64,000 bases of DNA from a bacterium (GCA_963675295.2 CAXXKJ010000002.1:3904001-3968000); one strand, 5' to 3'; numbered from the stretch's first letter, positions 19,492 to 30,117 are shown. Made by a program: numbers and translations. Notes: generated from the letters alone by a model not told the origin.

Positions 19492-20367
19492 CTAGTTCCG
19501 GAGGATGATGCGTCCGTCCTCGACACTCATCCGAACATTGGCGGTGCCGCCGGGCAGTTCGTATTCCTCGTAATAATCATTCTCGTCGATGAGGTCGAAG
19601 TCGCGGCCAACGCGTGTGCCGCCGTCCTCGAATTCGAGCCGGAAGGTGCCGCCGCCGTCTAGCACACGCAGTTCGACGCTGCCGTCCTCGGCTTTCATCC
19701 GGTAGCTGCCATCGTCCGAAAGGCTGGTTTCGATGACGATTTCGCCGTCTTCGACCGTTGCGTGCACGTCCTTGAACGTACCGTTCTCGACGGTGATCGA
19801 ACCGTCTTCGGCATACATGTCGAGAATCCCCGCGCCTCCGCTGAGGTCAATGCGGCCATCCTCGACGCCGAGTTCAAAATGGGAGCCGGTCATGTCCAGC
19901 AGTAGCGCGTCACCATCTTCCATGTCCATACGGACATCACCGGAGAAGTTGCGGACGCGGTAATCATCGTCTTCACCCCGTAAGCGCAGGTTGATGGTTT
20001 TCGGGGCATGTATGTCGACGGTGTATTCTTCTCGGATCGATCCCATCATGATGGTGATGCCGTCGGTGTCCGCCTCACGAATGCGCAGATTGCCATTCTC
20101 TTCAGTGACGATGATTTCGAAGTCTTCCCCGCCACGGGAGCTGACCCCGCTGATGTGCCAGCTGTGATGCACGACCACGTGAACATCATCGCGATCCTCG
20201 CCGATAACAGACACTTCGGCGTCGTCAGTGCTGAGATACAGCGTTCCATCCGCAGCAATGGCATAGGTTTCGTCGAGGTCATAGCGGTGCGTCTTGGCGG
20301 CGCTCGCCTGCACCGAGAACAGACCGAACAGAACAGCGATAACGAGTGATACGGTTGCGCGTGACAT
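19492..20367 (-). CDS. Secreted DUF4097-type beta-strand repeat protein
   Basis: Signal peptide (ASA-A) and repeated x-x-EDG-x-I/V units. Confidence 0.75.
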   Translation of the reverse strand: MSRATVSLVIAVLFGLFSVQASAAKTHRYDLDETYAIAADGTLYLSTDDAEVSVIGEDRDDVHVVVHHSWHISGVSSRGGEDFEIIVTEENGNLRIREADTDGITIMMGSIREEYTVDIHAPKTINLRLRGEDDDYRVRNFSGDVRMDMEDGDALLLDMTGSHFELGVEDGRIDLSGGAGILDMYAEDGSITVENGTFKDVHATVEDGEIVIETSLSDDGSYRMKAEDGSVELRVLDGGGTFRLEFEDGGTRVGRDFDLIDENDYYEEYELPGGTANVRMSVEDGRIILRN

Positions 20368-20562
20368 GGTTCTCCTCCCCTGGGTGTGTGGCTTCCCGTG
20401 TGGGACGCTGACAAGGCTGTTTCGGTTACAGGGAACGTACGACAGCCCCGTATGGAATGGACCACTGGAGCTGTTCGCAGGCGGTCTCTCGGCTCGCCGT
20501 AAAGGTGAATCTGCGTGTACCTTCCCGCGAACATAAACGTCTCAGTGGTGGAGAACGTAGCG

Positions 20563-22053
20563 ATGAACGCTTGGAAGCTGATCGCGGCTGGTTTGTTGCT
20601 GGCCGTGTTGGTAGCCGGTTGCGGGCAACAGCCGCCGGCAGAAACAGCGATGGTGGCCAGCGAGGGCCTGGCGATGGTGGATGGCCGTGCGCTGGATGCG
20701 ATGGACCAGGTGCCGCCAATTGTGGAAGGCTTGGGCGATGCGGCGTCGGACGGCATCGACTTTGATACCGTGCGCGTGCAGGTACAGAACGGTCAGCTGA
20801 TGTTGCGGGTGAACGTGCACACCGTCCTCAGCCTGCAGAACTACAGCAATCTGCAGCTGTTGCTGGACACCGACAACAACCCTGGAACCGGTCGCGCGGG
20901 CGGATTTAACGGCGCGGAAGTTGTCTGGCGGTTCGGACAGCGGAACGGCCTGATTGATATCGACGACAAGTCGGAATCGTTCAAGCACGGTGACGTTGGC
21001 ATCGTGACCGCGCCGACGGTAACCTCAGATTTCTTCGAGGTGTCGATTCCGCTTGATGCCAAAGTGCACGAGCACCGCATTTTCCAGGGAAACACGGCGG
21101 GGATTGCGTTCCTCAGTATGCCGGAAGAGGGCGGGCTTGATCGCATTCCGGACTCCGGATTTGTGGCGGTAGACCTGACTGCGGACGCAGGCGAACCGGA
21201 ACCGTTGAGCATGGACCGGCCAAGCGGGGATGCGGTTCGCATGGTCACCTGGAACATCCTGCATGATGGCATTGTCGAACGGCCGGAGAAGTTCGATCCG
21301 ATCTTCGACGTGCTCGACCCGGACATCGTAACGCTGGTCGAAGTGTGGGACACTCCGGCGCAGGTCGCGGCGGATCTGTTTGACGAGTGGCGGCCATTGC
21401 CGGACGGGCAAAGCTGGCACGCCGACCGTCAGGGTGCGGACATCATCGTGCTCAGCAAGTGGCCGATTCTCGAGTGTGTTGGGTTGGACGATGCCCGCGC
21501 GACGGCGTACCTGTTGCAGATGCCGGATAATTGGAGCTCGCCGTTGTTTGTGATCGGTGCCCATGCGCCATGCTGCGGCAAGGACGAGAAGCGGCAGAAG
21601 GAAATCGACGCGTTCATGGCGTTCCTGCGTGATGCACGCGATGGAACCGGCCCAATCAACCTGGGCCTGAACACTCCGGTGGTGATCACCGGCGACATGA
21701 ACCTCGTCGGCCTGCAGCAACAGTTGACGACGCTGGTCGAGGGCCAGATCGTGAACGAAGCCTACCTGCCGGCCTTCGGTCCGGACGCGGACGGGACGGC
21801 TTTGACCGACCTGTTCCCGCGTCACCTGTACCACAACCTGGTGTACACGTGGCGGGACGAGGACAGCTCGTACGGGCCGGGCAAGCTGGACTACATCGTC
21901 TATAGCGACTCGAACCTCGAGATTCCGCACAGCTTCATCTTTGATACCCGTCTGCTACCGCAGGCGAAGCTGGATGAGCTGGGCTTGACACGGGAAGCGA
22001 ACCCGGAAGCGTCCGATCACCTGCCGGTGATTGTGGACGTTCTGCCGCGGTAG
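20563..22053 (+). CDS. Endonuclease/exonuclease/phosphatase family lipoprotein
   Basis: Lipobox LVAGC; VTWNI, PDIVTLVE, GDMN, LDYIV and SDHLPV catalytic motifs; GGAG before ATG 20563. Confidence 0.88.
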   Translation: MNAWKLIAAGLLLAVLVAGCGQQPPAETAMVASEGLAMVDGRALDAMDQVPPIVEGLGDAASDGIDFDTVRVQVQNGQLMLRVNVHTVLSLQNYSNLQLLLDTDNNPGTGRAGGFNGAEVVWRFGQRNGLIDIDDKSESFKHGDVGIVTAPTVTSDFFEVSIPLDAKVHEHRIFQGNTAGIAFLSMPEEGGLDRIPDSGFVAVDLTADAGEPEPLSMDRPSGDAVRMVTWNILHDGIVERPEKFDPIFDVLDPDIVTLVEVWDTPAQVAADLFDEWRPLPDGQSWHADRQGADIIVLSKWPILECVGLDDARATAYLLQMPDNWSSPLFVIGAHAPCCGKDEKRQKEIDAFMAFLRDARDGTGPINLGLNTPVVITGDMNLVGLQQQLTTLVEGQIVNEAYLPAFGPDADGTALTDLFPRHLYHNLVYTWRDEDSSYGPGKLDYIVYSDSNLEIPHSFIFDTRLLPQAKLDELGLTREANPEASDHLPVIVDVLPR

Positions 22054-22061
22054 CGATTCGG

Positions 22062-22430
22062 ATGCAGCAGTGGCAGTGGAAACGGATCTGGCCGGCGTTG
22101 GCGTGGGCGGCGCTGTTGTTCGCGTTGTCGTCGATTCCGGGCGACGAGCTGCCGTATGTTCAGGCTCCGCTCGGTTTCGACAAGGTGCTGCACATTGCCG
22201 CGTATGCGGTGTTTGGCATGCTGGCGATGCGTGGCTGGTTTGAGGCGGGCGTTGCGCCTTGGATAATCTTTGCTTTCTGTGTAGGTTACGGCGTTACGGA
22301 CGAATTGCATCAGATCTTTGTACCCGGACGTTTCCCGGATGTGTACGACTGGATTGCCGATGTGATCGGGGCTGGTCTGGGAACCTGGGGCATGTTTCAT
22401 TGGTTGAAAAGACGCCGGCGCGAGGCGTGA
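22062..22430 (+). CDS. VanZ family membrane protein
   Basis: Motifs DKVLH..AY and DELHQIFVPGR..DWIAD. Confidence 0.88.
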   Translation: MQQWQWKRIWPALAWAALLFALSSIPGDELPYVQAPLGFDKVLHIAAYAVFGMLAMRGWFEAGVAPWIIFAFCVGYGVTDELHQIFVPGRFPDVYDWIADVIGAGLGTWGMFHWLKRRRREA

Positions 22431-22472
22431 GTTGGGTGCGCGGGCGATGACGAAAAACGGCGGAGACGAATC

Positions 22473-23018
22473 GTGGTCAACAAGGTAATCCTGATCGGTA
22501 ATCTGGGTAAAGATCCGGAGATGTCGTATACACCCAGTGGCGTGGCGGTGACGAAGGTGTCGCTGGCGACCACGAAGAAGTGGACCTCGGCCTCCGGCGA
22601 AAAGCGTGAACAGACGGAATGGCATAACCTCGTGTTCTGGCGCAAGCAGGCTGAAGTTGCGAACGAATACCTGCGCAAGGGTTCGCGGATTTATGTGGAC
22701 GGAGAGATCAACTACCGCACGTGGGAAGGCCAGGATGGCCAGAAGCGGTACATGACCGATATCGTGGTCAACAATTTCCAGATGCTGTCCGCCCGTGGTG
22801 AGGGCGGCGGCGGCGGCCAGGGCGGTGGTGGCGGCCAGCAGCGCCAGCAGGGTGGCGGCGGTGGTGGTGGCCAGCAGGGCGGCGCACGCCAGCGTTCCCG
22901 TCAGCAACAGCAGCAACCGTCCGACGGCCCGTACTATGAGCCGATCGATCAGGGCGGCCAAGGCGGCGGCCAGGACCAGGACTTCGGCGGCAACGACGAT
23001 GACGATCTGCCGTTCTAA
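22473..23018 (+). CDS. ssb: Single-stranded DNA-binding protein
   Basis: [15 protein letters not shown] and TEWH motifs, a Gly/Gln linker, and the acidic tail DDDDLPF. Confidence 0.97.
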   Translation: MVNKVILIGNLGKDPEMSYTPSGVAVTKVSLATTKKWTSASGEKREQTEWHNLVFWRKQAEVANEYLRKGSRIYVDGEINYRTWEGQDGQKRYMTDIVVNNFQMLSARGEGGGGGQGGGGGQQRQQGGGGGGGQQGGARQRSRQQQQQPSDGPYYEPIDQGGQGGGQDQDFGGNDDDDLPF

Positions 23019-23162
23019 CAACCGTGCCGAGTGGTGAGTCGTGAGTGATGAGTGAATTCAACTGCCGCGGATGCAAGTCCGTGGCAGTTTCATTGCAGCT
23101 GTCTAACACTTGGCGAGTATCTTTGTTCGGACGAGCTACGTTTGATGCGGGAGACGTGAGTC

Positions 23163-23528
23163 GTGGTACTGCTTGATGTGGTATCGAATGTTGAACCGGC
23201 GGTGTCGTACGGCCTCAAGAACCGGCTGATCATCGCCGCGGTACTCCTGATCCCGTATTTCACCTGGGATTGGTTCCTCGAATGGTTTGACCAGGCGTTT
23301 TTTCAGGCGATTCTCGGCGAGCGTCCGCTGCCGGCATGGCTGTACCTCGACCTGAAATCACGTCTGATCATCGTGCCGTTCATCGCCGGGATGATTTTCG
23401 TCGTGCCGAGTCCGGGCGAGACGGTCGCCGATCACGTGCTGCTGCGGTTCACCCTCACCGCCATCCTCGCGCTGGTTGTAGTCGTGCTGTGGTTCGTACT
23501 CGGGATTCGAGGTGCGGATCGGTTTTAG
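23163..23528 (+). CDS. Hypothetical small membrane protein
   Basis: Three hydrophobic segments; GGAG upstream; followed by a hairpin at 23551-23580. Confidence 0.55.
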   Translation: MVLLDVVSNVEPAVSYGLKNRLIIAAVLLIPYFTWDWFLEWFDQAFFQAILGERPLPAWLYLDLKSRLIIVPFIAGMIFVVPSPGETVADHVLLRFTLTAILALVVVVLWFVLGIRGADRF

Positions 23529-23550
23529 TAGCTGTCGGAAACAAATGTTG

Positions 23551-23580
23551 AACGGGACAGGGTTTTTACCCGGTCCCGTT
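23551..23580. terminator. GGGAC-family hairpin between convergent genes
   Basis: Sequence AACGGGACAGGG-TTTTTA-CCCGGTCCCGTT. Confidence 0.55.
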
Positions 23581-23637
23581 TTCAGTTCCTCACAACTCAC
23601 AACGCACCACTCACAACTCGTCACTCACGAACTTCGC

Positions 23638-24705
23638 CTAGCGTTGGGCGAAGGTGAAGCCGGCGTCGGGGCGGTGCGGTTCGATCTGGTCGACGAGGCC
23701 GGCGTGACGCAGGTTCGCCACGAAATCGTTGGTGATGAATTTCTGCGGGAAGCCCAGTTCGAACCGGCTGGCTTCGTTCAGCTTGTCCATCAATTCGCTG
23801 GGGATGGTCAGTTCGGTAGCTTTCAGGTTGTCCTTGACCTGGCTGACCTTGGTTGCGCCGATGATCGGGATGAACTCGCCGGTTTGCAGTTGCCACGCCA
23901 AGGCGACCTGTGCGGAGGAGACGCCGAGTTCGTCCGCGACCTCATCCACCACCTTCGCGATGCGGATGACACGTTCGGTAAGACGGCTATACTCCTGCTG
24001 CGCGATGCGGCCTTCCTTGTCACGGTTGCCACGGGTGTACTTTCCGGTTAACGCGCCTGCGCCCAATGGTGACCAGGTGGTGACGCCGATGTCGGTGGCG
24101 CGTGCGAGCGGGATCAGCTCCTGTTCGGGGGTGCGTTCGATCAGGCTGTATTCGATCTGCATCGCAATAAACTCGCTCCAGCCACGCAGTTCGGCGATGG
24201 CGTTCGCACGGGCGATGGTCCACGCCGGCCAGTCGCTGACGCCGATGTAGAGGATCTTGCCGGCACGGATCATGTCGTCCAGCGCGCGCATGGTTTCCTC
24301 GACCGGCGTTATACCGTCCCAGATGTGCACCCAGTAGAGGTCGATGTAGTCGAGGTTCATCCGTTTCAGGCTGGCGTTCAGCGACTCGACCATCTTCTTG
24401 CGGTGGTTTCCGGCAGAGTTGGCGTGATGCGGTGCCATGCCAGGGTGAGCGTTGGCGTATTTCGTGGCGACGACGAAGTGTTCACGATCCGAGCGAACGA
24501 AATCGCCGACGTACTGTTCGCTGGTGCCGTTGGTGTAGATATCGGCCGTATCGATGAAATTGCCGCCGGCGGCGGCGAAGGTGTCGAACTGCTTGCGGCT
24601 GTCCTCCCTGGAGGCGCCCCAGCCCCAGTCCTCGCCGAAGGTCATCGTGCCGAGCGAAATTTCCGACACACGCAGGCCACTCTTGCCCAGAATCCGGTAT
24701 CTCAT
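23638..24705 (-). CDS. Aldo/keto reductase
   Basis: Motifs GLRVSEISLGTMTFG, FIDTADIY, VATK, IDLYWVH and WSPLGAG. Confidence 0.95.
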   Translation of the reverse strand: MRYRILGKSGLRVSEISLGTMTFGEDWGWGASREDSRKQFDTFAAAGGNFIDTADIYTNGTSEQYVGDFVRSDREHFVVATKYANAHPGMAPHHANSAGNHRKKMVESLNASLKRMNLDYIDLYWVHIWDGITPVEETMRALDDMIRAGKILYIGVSDWPAWTIARANAIAELRGWSEFIAMQIEYSLIERTPEQELIPLARATDIGVTTWSPLGAGALTGKYTRGNRDKEGRIAQQEYSRLTERVIRIAKVVDEVADELGVSSAQVALAWQLQTGEFIPIIGATKVSQVKDNLKATELTIPSELMDKLNEASRFELGFPQKFITNDFVANLRHAGLVDQIEPHRPDAGFTFAQR

Positions 24706-24860
24706 GGAATCATCTCCTCTTCAGGTTGGGGGAAAACTTAATCGGAGCTAAACGATACATTGTCCGGGTAACCGGATCATGAGGGAATTCGTCCCACAGG
24801 CGAGCCGGGAGCAAACCGGGGTGGGTTGCTGGGTCAGGATGCAGCTCCCCGGGATGCGGT

Positions 24861-26432
24861 ATGACGGTACAATCCCTTCCGAACAGTGCGGAGACTGCGA
24901 TGCAAGCCGCCCGTCGTGAACCGACCGCGTGGACCTGGATCCTGTTGTTCAGCGGATTGACGCTGGCGTTGCACCTGATCGTGAACGCGTTGGACAGCTA
25001 CGGCATCTTCCGGGACGAGTTTTACTACCTGGCGTGCGCGAGTCATCTCAGCTGGGGGTATGTCGACCAGCCACCGTTCTCGCTGCTGCTGCTCGCGATC
25101 CAGACGGCACTTGTTGGTGACTCGTTGTTCGCGTTGCGGCTGCTGCCATCGTTGCTGTCGGCCGGAGTGGTGCTGTTGGCCGGGTTGACGGTGCGGGAGT
25201 TTGGCGGCGGAAAACTGGCGCAGGCGAGTTCGGCGATGCTGGCGTGGCTGGTGCCGTGTTTTCTCGGATTCGGTGGCTATTACTCGATGAACATCATCGA
25301 CCTGAGTGTTTGGGCGGCGGTGGCGTGCCTGCTTGCACGGCTGGCGAACAGCGGCAACCGCAATTACTGGCCGTTGCTCGGGCTGGTGCTCGGAATCGGG
25401 CTGCTCAACAAGATCAGCGTGCTGTACCTCGGGGTCGGGATACTGGCGGGGATTGCGCTCAGTCCGTTGCGGGTGTGGCTGAAGAAACCGTGCCCGTACA
25501 TCTCCGCCGGGATCGCGTTCCTGATTTTCCTCCCCCATGTGATCTGGCAGATCGGGCATGACTGGCCGACACTCGAGTTCATCGAAAACGCGCGGCTGTA
25601 CAAGAACATGCCACAGACTCCGCTCAGTTTCCTCGGCGGAGTGATGTTCGAGGGCAATCCGGTGTTCCTCCCGTTCTGGCTGCTGTCGCTGGTGTACCTC
25701 GGCACGAGTAAGGCGTTGAAACCGCATCGTTGGGCGTTCTGGGTGGTGGTGACGGTGCTGGTGCTGTTGATTGCACTGGGCAACGCGAAGCCGTACTACG
25801 CCGACACCACGTTTTTCCTGCTGGTGGCCGGGTTCGGGTTGGCAGTGGAACGCTGGCTGCGGTGGCTGTGGCTGCGTGGGGTCGCGTTTGCGTTGATGCT
25901 GGTTGGCGGCGCGCTGGCGATGCCGTTGGCGATTCCGATCCTGCCGCCGGCAACGCTGATCGCGTATTCAACCGCGTTGGGATTGAGCCGTCAGCCGATG
26001 GAACGAAACGAACTGCCGGAAATGCAACAGTTTTACGCTGACCGCTTCGGTTGGAAAGAACTGGCAGCGACGGTGTCCGAGGTGTATACGGCGCTTTCAC
26101 CGGAGGAACAGGAGATCGCGTATGTCTTCGGCCAGAACTACGGTGAAGCCGGTGCGGTGGACTACTATGCGGATGTTTACGACTTGCCGCCGGTGATTTC
26201 CGGGCACAACAGCTACTGGCTGTGGGGTCCGGGTGAGGCTTCGGGTGAAGTGATGCTGGTGATCGGGGATGATCGTGACCGCCTGCTGGAGTTGTTTGAG
26301 TCGGTTGAGCTCGGCGCGGTCCGGGAGTGCGACTATTGCATGCCGTTCGAGGACGAGCTGCCGGTATGGATTTGCCGCGGGTTGAAGATGTCCGTTCAGG
26401 AAATGTGGCCGGAGGTGCAGATATTCGTCTGA
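24861..26432 (+). CDS. GT-C fold glycosyltransferase (GT39/ArnT-like)
   Basis: FRDEFYY, GYVDQPP and GLLNK motifs; many transmembrane helices; periplasmic C-terminal NYGEAGA...GHNSYWLWG. Confidence 0.85.
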   Translation: MTVQSLPNSAETAMQAARREPTAWTWILLFSGLTLALHLIVNALDSYGIFRDEFYYLACASHLSWGYVDQPPFSLLLLAIQTALVGDSLFALRLLPSLLSAGVVLLAGLTVREFGGGKLAQASSAMLAWLVPCFLGFGGYYSMNIIDLSVWAAVACLLARLANSGNRNYWPLLGLVLGIGLLNKISVLYLGVGILAGIALSPLRVWLKKPCPYISAGIAFLIFLPHVIWQIGHDWPTLEFIENARLYKNMPQTPLSFLGGVMFEGNPVFLPFWLLSLVYLGTSKALKPHRWAFWVVVTVLVLLIALGNAKPYYADTTFFLLVAGFGLAVERWLRWLWLRGVAFALMLVGGALAMPLAIPILPPATLIAYSTALGLSRQPMERNELPEMQQFYADRFGWKELAATVSEVYTALSPEEQEIAYVFGQNYGEAGAVDYYADVYDLPPVISGHNSYWLWGPGEASGEVMLVIGDDRDRLLELFESVELGAVRECDYCMPFEDELPVWICRGLKMSVQEMWPEVQIFV

Positions 26433-26885
26433 CGATGATTCCGGATCAACCTGCCCCGATCAATGTGCCCCTTCAACGTAACCCTGATGGCTCCGCCAGC
26501 AGGGATTATCCACTATCCGATAACCCGCGGTAGCCGTCACAAACACCCGTGACGGACAATCACGGGCACCAACTGCCATGGCTGCAGGCATCAGCGTTCA
26601 TTCACCTCCGGATCATCCACGACATGAATGTCGTGGGCATGTGGAAGCGGTGCGACTCATTCGTGTTGTTCGTTCCTGCTCCAGACTTAGCTCACATGAA
26701 CTAAGTGCTGTCCGTCTCCAGTTGTTGGGTTAACCTCTCCTTACGCATTCCCTCGTCTTTTGCACAGGCAAAAAAGCAGATCCGCCGGGCAGCGTAAATT
26801 TGTATCAGACAATTGGCGGACGTACCGCCTCGCTTGTTCCGAAGATCACAACGTCGACAACCACCGTCAGGGGGAGTACAGTCCG

Positions 26886-28226
26886 ATGAAACGAACCATT
26901 CTTTTGACCGTTGCGCTGTTGTTGCTCGTGTTGATTGCGGCGCCGTCGTTTGCGATTGACGAACAGGTCAAGGGGCAGTGCATGACCTGCCACAAGGAGA
27001 AGTCGCCTGGACTGTATCACCAGTGGCGGGATTCCGAGCATGCAATGCACAACGTCACCTGCTACGATTGTCACGGCGCGGACCGATCCGACGCGGACGC
27101 GTTCAAGCATGAAGGCGCGTGGATCGCGACGCTGGTCACGCCCGACGATTGCGGCACCTGCCACAAAAAGGAATCAGGCGAGTTCCAACCGTCTCACCAT
27201 GCCAAGGCTGGACAGATTCTCGAGTCGGCGGACGCCTACCTCGCGCATGTGGTCGGCGGCGATCCGGTGGCGATTGTCGGCTGCGAATCGTGCCACGGTG
27301 GCAAGATGGAAATTGATCCGGACAGCCCGAACAAGCTGGCAGTGGGGTCATGGCCGAACTCCGGTATCGGACGAATCAATCCGGACGGCAGCCTTGGTTC
27401 GTGCAACGCCTGCCATGTTCGTCACAGTTTCAGCCGGGCGCAGGCACGTCAGCCGGAAACCTGCGGCAAGTGCCACCTCGGCCCGGACCATCCACAGAAA
27501 GAGATCTACGAGGAATCGAAGCACGGAATTGAATATTACACCAACAAGGACAAGATGAACCTGGACGCCGACCCGTGGATCGTCGGTCAGGATTACGCTG
27601 TCGCCCCGACCTGCGCGACTTGTCACCTGTCGGCGACGAAGGACATGCCGGTGACGCATGACGCCGGTGCGCGACTTTCCTGGACGTTGCGGCCGCCTGT
27701 GAGTAACCTGCAGGAAGATTGGGATGTGAAACGTGACAACATGCAAAACGTTTGCAAGAACTGTCACGGTGGCGTATTCTACAAGGGGCATTATCGTCAG
27801 TTTGACGGACTCGTGAACATGTACAACGAGAAGTTCGCGAAGCCGGCGACGGAGATCATGGGAATTCTGCGCAAGAACCAGGCGCTGGAAAAACCGGCCA
27901 GTTTCAGCAACGACATCGAGTGGATCTACTGGGAAATCTGGCATCATGAAGGCCGGCGTGCGCGTCACGGCGCAGCGATGATGGGCCCGGACTACGCGTG
28001 GTGGCACGGCATATACGAAGTCGGCAAGCACTTTTACTTCGAGTTCATTCCAGCTGTTGAGGAATCCGGCGACGCGGAAGCGATTGCATACGTCGAAGAA
28101 CTGCTCACGAACGATCCGATGCACAACTGGATGAGTCAGAATACGGATGTGTTGAAGCAGGGTATCAAGTCGGGTGAGCTGCAGGAGTTGTACGAAGACA
28201 TGTTCACGCCGACGTACAGCGAATAG
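26886..28226 (+). CDS. Octaheme cytochrome c of the hydroxylamine oxidoreductase (HAO) family, probably reductive type
   Basis: Signal peptide; eight CXXCH motifs (CMTCH, CYDCH, CGTCH, CESCH, CNACH, CGKCH, CATCH, CKNCH); HAO-type CH-LGPDHPQ.EIY.ESKHG; GGGGAG RBS before ATG 26886. Confidence 0.85.
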   Translation: MKRTILLTVALLLLVLIAAPSFAIDEQVKGQCMTCHKEKSPGLYHQWRDSEHAMHNVTCYDCHGADRSDADAFKHEGAWIATLVTPDDCGTCHKKESGEFQPSHHAKAGQILESADAYLAHVVGGDPVAIVGCESCHGGKMEIDPDSPNKLAVGSWPNSGIGRINPDGSLGSCNACHVRHSFSRAQARQPETCGKCHLGPDHPQKEIYEESKHGIEYYTNKDKMNLDADPWIVGQDYAVAPTCATCHLSATKDMPVTHDAGARLSWTLRPPVSNLQEDWDVKRDNMQNVCKNCHGGVFYKGHYRQFDGLVNMYNEKFAKPATEIMGILRKNQALEKPASFSNDIEWIYWEIWHHEGRRARHGAAMMGPDYAWWHGIYEVGKHFYFEFIPAVEESGDAEAIAYVEELLTNDPMHNWMSQNTDVLKQGIKSGELQELYEDMFTPTYSE

Positions 28227-28244
28227 TCAGCAGGAGGTCCCCCC

Positions 28245-29762
28245 GTGCGCAGACTGTATTTCGCTCTACTCCGTGGACTCGCGGCGAACGCGATCAGCAG
28301 GATCGGTGTGTTTTTAACCACCAGCGCATTCATCCTGTTCGTGCTGTTCTTCTTTGCCACCGCGACCGGTTGGTTGACCAACGCCTACCTCGGGCTGATC
28401 AGCTACATGGCGCTGCCTGGTGTGTTCATCGTCGGGTTGCTGCTGATTCCGTGGGGCTGGCGGCAGCATTCGAAGAAAACGGGACGACCGTTCTCAGACC
28501 TGTTTGCGTCCCAATTTTCCGACGAAGATGTCGCAGCGCGGAAAGCCGGTGCGCCGATTGTCCGGGTTGTGCTGCTGCTGACGCTGGTGAATCTCGTCTT
28601 TATGGGTGTTGTCGGCACGTCGACGGTGCATTTCATGGATTCCGCGCACTTCTGCGGCACGGCCTGCCATGACGTGATGAACCCGGAGTGGATGACCTAC
28701 CAGGGTTCGCCGCACGCACATGTGAAGTGTGTCGAATGCCATGTTGGCGAAGGGTTGGACGCGTTGTTCCTGTCCAAGTTGAACGGCGCGTGGCAGGTGG
28801 TGTCGGCAACATTCGACCTGTACGAACGTCCGATCCCGACGCCGGTTCATAACCTGCGTCCGGCGCGTGAAACCTGCGAACACTGCCACTGGCCGGACAA
28901 ATTCCACGGCAACCGGATCGCGAACCGGATCTCGTTCAAGCGGGATTCCACGTCCACACCGATGTACACGACGCTGATGCTGAAGATCGGCTCCGGCGCG
29001 GAAGGAAACGCGTCCGGTAGCCACTGGCATGTCGCCGAGACCAACGCGGTGCGGTATTCCTCCATCGAGGACGAGCGCAAGGAAATGCTGTGGGTGGAAG
29101 TGCGGCAGGACGATGGCACGTGGAAGCGCTACACCAACACCGACTACCCGCAGTCGGTGGAGACGGGCGAAGAAAATGTCCGTGTGATGGACTGTGTCGA
29201 CTGCCATAACCGTGCGACGCACATCTACGAAGAGCCGGACCGTGCGATCGATGACCGGATGGCGTTCGGGCAGATCGACCGCAGCCTGCCGTACATCAAG
29301 CGTAAGGCACTCGAGGCCCTGACCGGCAGTTATGCAGACAAGGAAGCGGCGCTGCAGTCCATCGAGACCAGCCTGCACAATTATTATCAGCAACGGTTCC
29401 CGGAAATCCTGCCGGAGAAAGCGGACGAACTGGATCAGGCGATTGCCACGCTACAGCAGATTTATGACCGCAACATTCACCCGCACATGAACATTGAGTG
29501 GGGTGCGTACGAAAGCTATCTCGGCCACCGTGACGGGCCGGGCTGCTTCCGGTGCCACGATCCGGCGTTGCAGACGGCCGAGGGTGAATCGATCCCGATG
29601 GACTGCACGTTATGCCATTCGATTCTCGCCGATGAGTCCGCACAACCGTTCGCGTACCTGCAGAGTCTCGACCTGCTCGAACCGGGTTCGGAGAAGAATG
29701 TGCAGAGTTACTTCCAGGACGAGTTCTGGGATGCGGTGGTGAAGGAACAGACACCGGAATAG
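28245..29762 (+). CDS. Membrane-anchored multiheme NapC/NirT-family cytochrome c
   Basis: Three N-terminal transmembrane helices; CGTACH (CX3CH) plus CVECH, CEHCH, CVDCH, CFRCH and CTLCH; GGAGG RBS. Confidence 0.85.
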   Translation: MRRLYFALLRGLAANAISRIGVFLTTSAFILFVLFFFATATGWLTNAYLGLISYMALPGVFIVGLLLIPWGWRQHSKKTGRPFSDLFASQFSDEDVAARKAGAPIVRVVLLLTLVNLVFMGVVGTSTVHFMDSAHFCGTACHDVMNPEWMTYQGSPHAHVKCVECHVGEGLDALFLSKLNGAWQVVSATFDLYERPIPTPVHNLRPARETCEHCHWPDKFHGNRIANRISFKRDSTSTPMYTTLMLKIGSGAEGNASGSHWHVAETNAVRYSSIEDERKEMLWVEVRQDDGTWKRYTNTDYPQSVETGEENVRVMDCVDCHNRATHIYEEPDRAIDDRMAFGQIDRSLPYIKRKALEALTGSYADKEAALQSIETSLHNYYQQRFPEILPEKADELDQAIATLQQIYDRNIHPHMNIEWGAYESYLGHRDGPGCFRCHDPALQTAEGESIPMDCTLCHSILADESAQPFAYLQSLDLLEPGSEKNVQSYFQDEFWDAVVKEQTPE

Positions 29763-29788
29763 GTCTGGATCCGGGGCTAATGGAACCA

Positions 29789-30008
29789 GGGACATCTGGC
29801 GGCACTGGTTGCAGGTGGCTCGGAGTGGGGATGGCAACGAACAAATGCCGACTCACCGCCGCACCGCACAGTCTGTGCCGACAGGTGTCCCTTCTCTTTC
29901 TACCTGGGACATCTGGCGGCACTGGTTGCAGGTGGCTCGGAGTTGGGACGGCAACGAACAAACGCCGACTCACCGCCGCACCGCACAGTCTGTGCCGACA
30001 GGTGTCCC
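29789..30008. repeat. Tandem pair of 103-bp MITE/REP-like elements (29789-29891 and 29906-30008)
   Basis: The copies differ at 3 positions; each has 17-bp imperfect terminal inverted repeats GGGACATCTGGCGGCAC / GTGCCGACAGGTGTCCC. Confidence 0.85.
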
Positions 30009-30117
30009 CTCTCTCTGGAGCCTATGGGATACCTGCACGTGAAAACTGGCGGATAATCCCGACCAGCAAGCTGGTCGGGGCAGACGACGTGAGCGCGAGG
30101 CTCGGGAAAGAACGAAT

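Noticed and set aside
26688-26712. TTAGC...GTGCT CIRCE-like motif
   Set aside because: The match and spacing are poor and it is not upstream of chaperones; no CIRCE was seen before dnaJ or htpG either.
29789-30008. Possible integron attC sites
   Set aside because: There are no RYYYAAC/GTTRRRY ends, no cassette ORFs and no integrase.
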